Of a stretch of DNA of 64,000 nt, positions 59,301 through 64,000 are shown in pieces (within the stretch, counting starts at the first letter, position 1; every line of letters starts with the position of its first letter). A program made the position numbers and the translations under genes. The DNA is from Fimbriosthenelais zetlandica. Its lineage: Eukaryota. Location: positions 6,138,001-6,202,000 of the forward strand of contig OZ365111.1 in the NCBI GenBank assembly GCA_977030845.1. The letters are read 5' to 3'. The notes under the pieces were generated by a model. The model ran no database searches. It was not told the DNA's origin and was given only the letters and a program-made list of their open reading frames with translations.

Positions 59301-61447
59301 CTTCATCCCAGGTGTAATGCCGGAATGGGCTTTTATATTGATGAAATGAACCGGTTATATTGCAATTGATGACCGTTTTAAACTCCCTAGTAAAATATTG
59401 TTGCCATCTCACCTGAAAGATTACACATACATGATATATTTTTGTCACCAAATTGGCAGTAGATTTGTTGATTTGTTTTGACTTACTTTTTTTAATTCAT
59501 TCCTGCCCTTTTTTGCATTTCTTACTTCCTTCGTATATATTTATATCTGTGTTACCGTTTTTTATCCATCACTTTTTCTTATACCATGCTATTTTTATGT
59601 GTTTATTCCTTAATGAATACAATGTAATAATTCCAATGAAAAAGAAACGTCATTCAAATAAGTTACCATTTTGCAAGCATTTGCCATGAAAATCAGCAAC
59701 TTGTAAAGGCCTTCGGTTCAATCTCCTTGTATGTTGTTTATTCGATTAAATTTTTTGTAAGCCGTCTTTAATTTTAATCATCTGTGTTGCTGATTTTGTT
59801 AGGCAAACGAATTTATATTCGCAAACATGCAGATGTCATATTCTATACTATTCCTGCTACAATGGACCAAAACTAATTTGCTCACTCGAGTGCTTCATTT
59901 AACCATTACATGCATAAACCCCAACACAACCTTATGAGAAAAGCTTCTGGAATAAGTGGTATCGGGCAATAAGTTAAGACTTTTTCACAAGTTGTTATCC
60001 TTTGTACTCTGATCTGAGACTAAATGAATCTAATTTGTTTTTTTAGTGCCAGGACAGGATGCGGAGGACCGATTTGAGGGAATACTTAGCCGAAAACACG
60101 AATGGGAGACCACCACAAAGAAAGCTAGTAATCGGTAAGTATCTACCTTCATTGATGATCATGATCATTATGTTCTAGCTTCAGAAGGATTAAGAATACT
60201 ATGCGTGGTTTGCAGTAATATTTTGACTTGCAGAAATCAGTTCTAGAATAACCTATAATTCAAATTACACAGATTCCATATTTCCACATGTGGAAATAGT
60301 CATGAAAAGAGTTCTTTGAAAAAAAATATATATGCTGTTCATTCTTTTTCTTAAATGAAAAGTATTAAAGTACAGTTTTGTTATGGATACTTTTGTATAA
60401 CAATGTGTATGTCATGTAATTTTGGTTTTCTTCCACAGATCGTGGGAAAAACTGTATTGCCTGTTGGAAAATGGCCAGCTTGCTTTCTACAAAGATGCTA
60501 AACACGCTAAATCAGTAAGTATCACATTAAGTTTAGCATGTTCCCCTTCAATATGCCAAAGTAAAATATCTAAGCATTAAAGGTCCCACTTTGAAATGAC
60601 CAGTGAAACGAATTTGTACCTTGCGCTGTGTAACTTTCAATTTATTCTGTCCTCATTCATACAAAACAGGGCCATTTGAATATTTTTCTTTTTGTTTTTC
60701 TCCTTCGGAATTCATGAATTCTCTTCATCTTTCAGGAACCAACTAACTACTTCCATCATGAACCACCAGTGGATATGAATGGTGCATCTTGCGCTATTGC
60801 TTCTAACTACACCAAACGCCCACACGTGTTCCGTCTGAAGCTGGCCACAGGTGGTGAATACCTCTTCCAGGGCAAAGATGAGGTTTGTACTCTACTTATA
60901 TATATATATATATATTTTTTTTTTAATTTGATTTATTTATCCTATATAGCCATTTCATGATGTTTAATCGATTGTTCTCAAAGAAATATTAAAATACTTT
61001 CACTAAGTGGGGCTCTGTGTAGCAATACTGTACCTTCTTGAAATTTGGTGCTTATAATTCATGCAATGTCCTAAGAGAAATATCAAGAGACAAAACATGT
61101 ACCGCTGTATTATATGGGCCTGTGGGACTTTCGAATCATTTAGTAAAAACACATCACATATAATTTACTGTGGTGCTAATGTTTTCTGCAGTTATCCCTT
61201 CATGGCTTCTTTATTTATTTATTTATTAATTTATCTATTTATTTATTAATTTATTTATTAATTAATTTATTCATTTATTTTTTCTTCACAGGAGGAGATG
61301 AACACATGGATCCAGCAGCTGAACGCCCAAGCAGGCGGCGAGGCGGCATCCCCAACGCGAGCACAGACACTTCCCGTAACATCAGGCGAAGGCAAGAAAG
61401 ACGACTCCAAACGACGCAGTTTCTTCACGCTTGGAAAGAAAAAGTAA
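20937..61447 (+). CDS. beta-Spec: Conventional beta-spectrin, spliced and 5'-incomplete: CH2, spectrin repeats SR1-17, linker, PH domain, C-terminal tail (36 core exons, 6516 nt)
   Basis: Exon translations match beta-spectrin hallmarks: [100 protein letters not shown] motif [22 protein letters not shown] and tail [11 protein letters not shown]. No SH3 domain is seen, so it is not beta-heavy. All junctions are GT-AG with consistent phase. Confidence 0.97.
21180..21485. mobile_element. MITE family B with TTA/TTA target duplication
   Basis: About 28-bp TIR ggccacattttttttaattgtttggtt / aaccaaacaattaaaaaaatgtggcc, flanked by TTA on both sides. Confidence 0.8.
22690..23130. repeat. Purine-rich degenerate tandem repeat, unit about 130-150 bp
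   Basis: aaggtttggtgaatgggggatatgagcaggga at 22831 and 22981; ggaatagattggg occurs three times. Confidence 0.8.
24158..24273 (+). CDS. beta-Spec: core exon 2 (CH2: [11 protein letters not shown]...RFLDAE)
   Basis: ttttcag acceptor, G|gtgagt donor, phase 2 to 1. Confidence 0.95.
24651..24763 (+). CDS. beta-Spec: core exon 3 ([11 protein letters not shown]...RRVGK)
   Basis: tttcag acceptor, AAG|gtacgc donor, phase 1 to 0. Confidence 0.95.
25192..25379 (+). CDS. beta-Spec: core exon 4 (SR1: VINQCLEND...EKPPK)
   Basis: tgtag acceptor, AA|gtaagt donor; missed by the ORF track. Confidence 0.95.
25837..26416 (+). CDS. beta-Spec: core exon 5 (SR1-SR3: FVEKGNLEV...WMDEIK)
   Basis: ttgcag acceptor, AAA|gtaagt donor; overlaps ORF 25862..26434. 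Confidence 0.96.
26868..27033 (+). CDS. beta-Spec: core exon 6 (SR3: [11 protein letters not shown]...FAEAG)
   Basis: ttttag acceptor, G|gtaagt donor. Confidence 0.95.
27548..27792 (+). CDS. beta-Spec: core exon 7 (SR3/SR4: YKPCDPQVV...LLNKHK)
   Basis: ctcag acceptor, AAG|gtaatc donor. Confidence 0.95.
28229..28327 (+). CDS. Candidate alternative exon in SR4 ([33 protein letters not shown]), cassette or terminal
   Basis: tgtgtttgtgtag acceptor, 33 open codons in phase 0, CCG|gtaaat donor. Read-through gives VN* with AATAAA at 28339-28344. Confidence 0.55.
28376..28715. repeat. About 180-bp tandem duplication
   Basis: ctgccaccagtata...gggttaattaagccat...ttagattactctaagtc...gacccaaatgt...aatcctaattcaaa occurs twice. 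Confidence 0.85.
29061..29261 (+). CDS. beta-Spec: core exon 8 (SR4: SNEDGMQAR...VDFYQ)
   Basis: ttttcag acceptor, CAG|gtacct donor. Confidence 0.95.
30006..30122 (+). CDS. beta-Spec: core exon 9 (SR5: FFADADDVD...LKKHK)
   Basis: ttcag acceptor, AAG|gtacag donor. Confidence 0.95.
31350..31382 (+). CDS. Candidate 33-nt microexon in SR5 ([11 protein letters not shown])
   Basis: tgtgttttcag acceptor, CCT|gtgagt donor, phase 0-0 like its neighbours, no stop, TGCATG at 31388-31393. Confidence 0.65.
33374..33451 (+). CDS. beta-Spec: core exon 10 (SR5: EVSDELQNY...LGEQ)
   Basis: tttatag acceptor, CAG|gtaaac donor. Confidence 0.93.
33727..33891 (+). CDS. beta-Spec: core exon 11 (SR5/6: DKESPEVLG...WIAEK)
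   Basis: tttcag acceptor, AAG|gtgaga donor. Confidence 0.95.
34135..34368 (+). mobile_element. SINE, 5'-truncated, same family
   Basis: ggcactcagc...gaggacagtactagg...ataatgtgactgggtgag...gaaagcgatgttaaacccaattcaa. Confidence 0.8.
34384..34683 (+). CDS. beta-Spec: core exon 12 (SR6/7: EKLLASMEP...CQETI)
   Basis: ctttccag acceptor, ATT|gtaagt donor. Confidence 0.95.
35013..35141 (+). CDS. beta-Spec: core exon 13 (SR7: SWIREKAKL...AIQAK)
   Basis: ttttcag acceptor, AAA|gtaagt donor. Confidence 0.95.
35380..35496 (+). CDS. beta-Spec: core exon 14 (SR7: LDSLQEEAD...ELKTM)
   Basis: ttacag acceptor, ATG|gtaaga donor. Confidence 0.94.
35909..36184 (+). CDS. beta-Spec: core exon 15 (SR8: LKVRDERLG...MFLRE)
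   Basis: caacag acceptor, GAG|gtaaac donor. Confidence 0.95.
36287..36565. mobile_element. MITE family C (CAGGGTTCCCAG-type TIR)
   Basis: cagggtccccag ... ctgggaaccctg; interior shared with the copies at 49934 and 55036. Confidence 0.8.
36850..36939 (+). CDS. beta-Spec: core exon 16 (SR8: RLKALDDGW...SLNLQ)
   Basis: taacag acceptor, CAG|gtttgt donor. Confidence 0.94.
37260..37337 (+). CDS. beta-Spec: core exon 17 (SR9: VFLRDAKQA...KEEVP)
   Basis: tttcag acceptor, CCT|gtaagt donor. Confidence 0.94.
38292..38315 (+). CDS. Candidate 24-nt microexon in the SR9 A-B loop (TTPGLDKQ)
   Basis: Long pyrimidine tract ending tgttgcacag, CAG|gtaaaa donor, phase 0-0, open frame. Confidence 0.7.
41718..41890 (+). 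CDS. beta-Spec: core exon 18 (SR9: HSLEAAENI...QLADR)
   Basis: ctctgcag acceptor, AG|gtttgt donor. Confidence 0.95.
43458..43695 (+). CDS. beta-Spec: core exon 19 (SR9/10: RNQNRQRAY...SKLIE)
   Basis: gtgcag acceptor, GAG|gtaggt donor. Confidence 0.95.
45010..45195 (+). repeat. Degenerate (CCAT)n microsatellite
   Basis: Direct reading; ends about 30 nt before the acceptor at 45226. Confidence 0.9.
45227..45490 (+). CDS. beta-Spec: core exon 20 (SR10/11: EGEELLRQK...VQKQN)
   Basis: atccag acceptor, AAT|gtaagt donor. Confidence 0.95.
46089..46607 (+). CDS. beta-Spec: core exon 21 (SR11/12: ILESQLKIK...EVAQQ)
   Basis: tatcag acceptor, CAG|gtgagc donor. Confidence 0.96.
47075..47283 (+). CDS. 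beta-Spec: core exon 22 (SR13: [12 protein letters not shown]...EGHPD)
   Basis: ctctgcag acceptor, AG|gtaact donor; missed by the ORF track. Confidence 0.95.
47456..47662. mobile_element. Degenerate element related to family C by its end sequence
   Basis: Right end ccgcaggaaccctg, remnant left end tgcggtc, repeated gtcttaaa interior. Confidence 0.45.
47998..48202 (+). CDS. beta-Spec: core exon 23 (SR13/14: AQVAIKQSQ...YEHVT)
   Basis: ctttcag acceptor, ACT|gtgagt donor. Confidence 0.95.
48644..48907 (+). CDS. beta-Spec: core exon 24 (SR14/15, ankyrin-binding region: MLRDRFKEF...LDRIY)
   Basis: ccacag acceptor, TAT|gtgagt donor. Confidence 0.96.
49256..49366 (+). CDS. beta-Spec: core exon 25 (SR15: EKQHTIPEE...TLGSQ)
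   Basis: ttgcag acceptor, CAA|gtaagt donor. Confidence 0.95.
49390..49630 (+). mobile_element. SINE, 5'-truncated, same family
   Basis: ggcactcag...gaggacagtacttgg...ggataatgtaccgggtgaggtatc...cactataaaaga. Confidence 0.75.
49756..49922 (+). CDS. beta-Spec: core exon 26 (SR15: VQQVQEDAS...SDLYR)
   Basis: ttgcag acceptor, AG|gtcagc donor. Confidence 0.95.
49934..50088. mobile_element. MITE family C, internally deleted, 5-bp TSD CTTTT
   Basis: ctttt|cacgattcccag...ctgggaaccctg|ctttt. Confidence 0.8.
50424..50640 (+). CDS. beta-Spec: core exon 27 (SR16: FFNLVRDLQ...YRHPE)
   Basis: ccttcag acceptor, GAG|gtgagt donor. Confidence 0.95.
50663..50873. mobile_element. MITE with about 45-bp imperfect TIRs, left end similar to family A (aagccagg)
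   Basis: ggaacacactaatccgatt...ccgat versus atcgg...aatcggattagtgtgttcc. Confidence 0.7.
51169..51253 (+). CDS. beta-Spec: core exon 28 (SR16: VRDKLIGLG...WEYLQL)
   Basis: tttcag acceptor, A|gtaagt donor, phase 0 to 1. Confidence 0.9.
51462..51553 (+). CDS. beta-Spec: core exon 29 (SR17, tetramerisation site: [11 protein letters not shown]...SRDFG)
   Basis: ttgcag acceptor, GGC|gtaagt donor. Confidence 0.95.
51716..51820 (+). CDS. beta-Spec: core exon 30 (SR17: DSLDAVEAL...ERLTT)
   Basis: tttcag acceptor, ACG|gtaagt donor. Confidence 0.95.
52036..52166 (+). CDS. beta-Spec: core exon 31 (FEIKDREKR...IPPPEP)
   Basis: cctttcag acceptor, GA|gtaagt donor, phase 0 to 2. Confidence 0.9.
52332..52349 (+). 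CDS. Candidate 18-nt microexon (E-TEITI-R)
   Basis: caattttcag acceptor, CAG|gtaacc donor, phase 2-2 like its neighbours, open frame. Confidence 0.6.
52897..53033 (+). CDS. beta-Spec: core exon 32 (linker: [12 protein letters not shown]...GTAAE)
   Basis: ttttcag acceptor, G|gtaaga donor, phase 2 to 1. Confidence 0.88.
53270..53326 (+). CDS. Candidate stop-containing exon ([16 protein letters not shown]), PH-less isoform or poison exon
   Basis: ttgtgtag acceptor, AGG|gtaagc donor, 57 nt. In phase 1 it reads 16 residues, then TGA CTA TAG. Five TGCATG follow within 330 nt. Confidence 0.5.
53336..53653 (+). promoter_or_regulatory. Cluster of five TGCATG (Rbfox-type) intronic splicing elements
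   Basis: TGCATG at 53336, 53370, 53483, 53550 and 53648. Confidence 0.6.
54220..54270 (+). CDS. Candidate 51-nt phase 1-1 cassette ([17 protein letters not shown]), with a second acceptor at 54240 giving DCFIHE*
   Basis: ttccctag and ttttcatcag acceptors share the strong ATG|gtaagt donor. Confidence 0.45.
54712..54918 (+). CDS. beta-Spec: Linker cassette exon, Pro/Thr-rich ([13 protein letters not shown]...SKPSTVK)
   Basis: 207 nt, phase 1-1, open frame, ggtcag acceptor (CAGAAGAAG tandem), AAG|gtgaat donor, coding-like composition. Confidence 0.7.
55036..55239. mobile_element. MITE family C, 5-bp TSD CATTG
   Basis: cattg|cagggttcctag...ctgggaaccctg|cattg. Confidence 0.82.
55245..55385. repeat. 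Short degenerate tandem repeat (ttgaaa..tggtctct / gaaataagtga.catt)
   Basis: Direct reading. Confidence 0.6.
56887..56961 (+). CDS. beta-Spec: Linker cassette exon ([25 protein letters not shown])
   Basis: 75 nt, phase 1-1, cttcaccag acceptor, A|gtaagt donor. Confidence 0.75.
57830..57913 (+). CDS. beta-Spec: Linker cassette exon ([27 protein letters not shown])
   Basis: 84 nt, phase 1-1, long pyrimidine tract ending ggcag, CAG|gtaaaa donor. Confidence 0.8.
60047..60134 (+). CDS. beta-Spec: core exon 33 (PH start: [19 protein letters not shown]...KASNR)
   Basis: ttttag acceptor, CG|gtaagt donor, phase 1 to 2. Confidence 0.94.
60439..60514 (+). CDS. beta-Spec: core exon 34 (PH: SWEKLYCLL...KHAKS)
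   Basis: ccacag acceptor, TCA|gtaagt donor. Confidence 0.94.
60736..60882 (+). CDS. beta-Spec: core exon 35 (PH: EPTNYFHHE...QGKDE)
   Basis: tttcag acceptor, GAG|gtttgt donor. Confidence 0.95.
61292..61447 (+). CDS. beta-Spec: core exon 36, last coding exon ([10 protein letters not shown]...[11 protein letters not shown])
   Basis: ttcacag acceptor, TAA at 61445-61447, conserved beta-spectrin tail. Confidence 0.95.
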   Translation, partial: EEMNTWIQQLNAQAGGEAASPTRAQTLPVTSGEGKKDDSKRRSFFTLGKKK

Positions 61448-64000
61448 ACTTAGAAACACGCTTTGGTCTTCTGAGGCCTGACCCTGCCCAACCTTTGTGA
61501 CGTGTGGAGTGTAAGGATAGAGTGGCTTCCCCAACACACCTGCCCCTCGCCCTCTAGTGTAGGAGGACTGTAACTACATTACTACTGTGACCATCATCAG
61601 CACCGCGTTTACATCCTTGTGACCCTTACCGCTTGGCATGGACGAACCATGGGCCCCATAATCATACCACCAAAACTAATGATATAACTAGTTGTCTCTG
61701 CCAATTACCAGCCACAATACCAAACATCGAGGCCGTCTAGTTTTCTATATCCAGACTTGATATTCACACCCTTTACTACCAGGGTATAATGAATGATTGA
61801 CAATTACTGTTACTCGCCACGTGTCCATAGATATGCATAGCTCCTATGATACTTTTGCTAGTGATTGCTTGGAGCCTGACTTTCTCACCATTGTCACTAA
61901 TTGTATATCCGCCACTCCATAGCTGAACGGCCCGGTTTTTAACTCTTTCTATATTATATATGGTCAATGATAGAGCCAGATATGTTCCCACACATTCTCT
62001 TTGCCATCTCTTGAAGTTGGTGACTCTGGTCTCTTGACAGTTTGGGGGCATGTGTTTATTGCATGCAGGAGAAGCCATTTCCATTTAACCATGTACAGAT
62101 ACTTCTTATCAGCCCAGCACTCATTGTGTCCTATCTCAGTCCCACTCTCGGGCCACGGAATCATTTGTACGGTCCATTTCTCATGATTCAGATCTGCATG
62201 CCAGAAAGTATATAAGAGTAATTCATGACTAATTTTTTTAGCTTCGATATATATATGTGAATAACTTGGGAAGAATACATGAAGGAAATATGTCAGTTGA
62301 GATATATATATCTATATATATATGTGCCCTGTTAGATGTTAGAAGAAAGATAAAGTAAACAAAAAAGAGATTCCAGAATTTGATCAAAGTGTTGGAAGAA
62401 GGGGCGATTTTTCTCTTGTGCTGCAGTCCTAGACCAGCTTGCAGCTTTCAGTATCTAGTCATATTATGATTGAGAGAGCTTACCCCCCACTACCTGCCTC
62501 CCGCCTCTCATTTCCCCCCAGTCTCTGACTGTGTACATAGTGAGCCCGTGTTTTAGTCTAGGTCCTTATGATGATTAGTAGGTAGGGTTGCCATTTGCCT
62601 TAATCGTGGTCAGAGATAGGGATGGTGGATCACCCATGGTAGTCCATGCCAAGCCGAAGCGGCAGAGAAGTAAAAAAAAACCATGCCCTAGAGAGCGAGA
62701 GACTGACAGTGTTTTAGTCTCACTCCTTTTGTTCCTAATTCATCCCTTCTAGAGAGCACGGGTAACATAAAACTTGAAACAATGCGCTGTAGAAATGTAT
62801 TAACGCTTGGACTGCCTACATTGTCCCATTGCAGCTGATCCGCCCGGCCTATACATGGGAGTGACAGACCTTAACCATGGAGCGACAGCGGCAATGTGAC
62901 AGCAGAGACAAAAATGTGAACCAACCAAGGTGAATTAATGGTAAAAATGATAGAAAATATTACAGCCACTAGATCTATATACATTGGTATGTTAACCAGC
63001 CTTGAGCTACTGGAAGGGTGGAAAATACGAAGGGAGAGATGGAAGATTAAATAAGGGAAGACCTCTCAATATTGTTTCCTAACTCTTTGAGTTCTCCTAG
63101 CTTCGAATCATGAACTCAAAAACATCATGTGTGTGCGTGTTGGTGTTTTGCATTCCATCTATGCAAAAGATGCGGATGTGCAACTTTGTCAAGAGTTTAA
63201 TTGTTCGGTCATTTATCCAATTATTACCACATTGGAATCTTTATGTGAGGATTGGCATGTAACCGGAAGGAATGATGATAATAATTGTAATAATAACTAA
63301 TTAATAAGGCGTTCGTCACACTATCACGGGGTGCACTGGTATAAGAGGAGGGCGTGATTGAAAAGCCACTTCGGGTGTATTCATGTAAAAGATATACATG
63401 TGCTGTTATGGTTGCTAATTTTGGGTTTCCGAACATGCCCATCGGTCCATGGATTAGCAGCTGTTGTTTAGAAAGTGAAAAATTGAGTGATCTGGCTGTA
63501 TCATATAATCCACTTGTGTGCACGCAGAGAAAAGGGAATCCACAGAGCGATTGTATACCACGAGAAACGGTATAAAACAAACACAAACCATGTCATACAA
63601 GAAAATAGTGAAATCTTTCATGTGACCGATAGAGAAATTGATTTGGACGATTTTGATGGACTTTATATACTATCGCTTCCATGAAATTCTTGGAAAGGCA
63701 GTCAGGCCCACTACATTCATTGAGATCACTGATAATATTAATCATAGAACGTTACCTGCCGTGAATGAGTTGGCGGCTAAGTTATTATTAGTCATTGAAT
63801 GTCGTTTGCGACTGTTGTCGAAGCCAATTGTATCGCTCATTTTTATCACCTTTATGGATGTAGGGGGAAAATCTACACAATGGAGTGTATCAGTTGTCAA
63901 GCATTGTAACCCTTACATAGCACTGCATCCGTCATTCGTTTTTACATTCTAATTGGCATGCTGCTGTTACTGCGGATCCAAATCCAATCCGAACAAAGAA
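61448..64000 (+). other. Probable long 3' UTR, end not determined
   Basis: Follows the stop codon. No AATAAA found by eye; ATTAAA at 63046-63051. Confidence 0.55.

Noticed and set aside
62699-62721. Hairpin with a CAGTGT loop resembling an iron-responsive element
   Set aside because: Lacks the unpaired 5' C five pairs below the loop and has a 3' bulge, so it is not a canonical IRE.
1-64000. CRISPR arrays, rRNA, autonomous transposases, reverse transcriptases, viral or nested genes
   Set aside because: None recognisable in the sequence or the ORF track; the repeats are non-autonomous.

Overview
Eukaryotic, intron-rich, AT-rich genomic DNA from an invertebrate animal. The SINE content suggests a lophotrochozoan such as a mollusc, annelid or nemertean, but this is inference. 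The whole window lies in one + strand gene for conventional beta-spectrin (beta-Spec/unc-70/SPTBN1 type). I traced 36 core exons by hand from 20937 to the stop at 61447. All have AG/GT boundaries and compatible phases, and they total 6516 nt (2172 codons). They encode CH2, 17 spectrin repeats, a Pro/Glu-rich linker, the PH domain and the [11 protein letters not shown] tail. The CH1 exons are absent, so 1-20936 is the 3' part of a very large intron. The main unexplained structure is a hidden alternative-splicing layer that the ORF track mostly misses. It comprises frame-preserving candidate microexons of 18, 24, 33 and 51 nt, a 99-nt cassette or terminal exon, three phase-1 linker cassettes and a stop-containing exon that would remove the PH domain. 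These sit among dense (T)GCATG Rbfox-type motifs. The introns also carry tRNA-derived SINEs and several MITE families, one with 5-bp TSDs. No prokaryote-type systems, rRNA, true tRNA or CRISPR arrays were seen.
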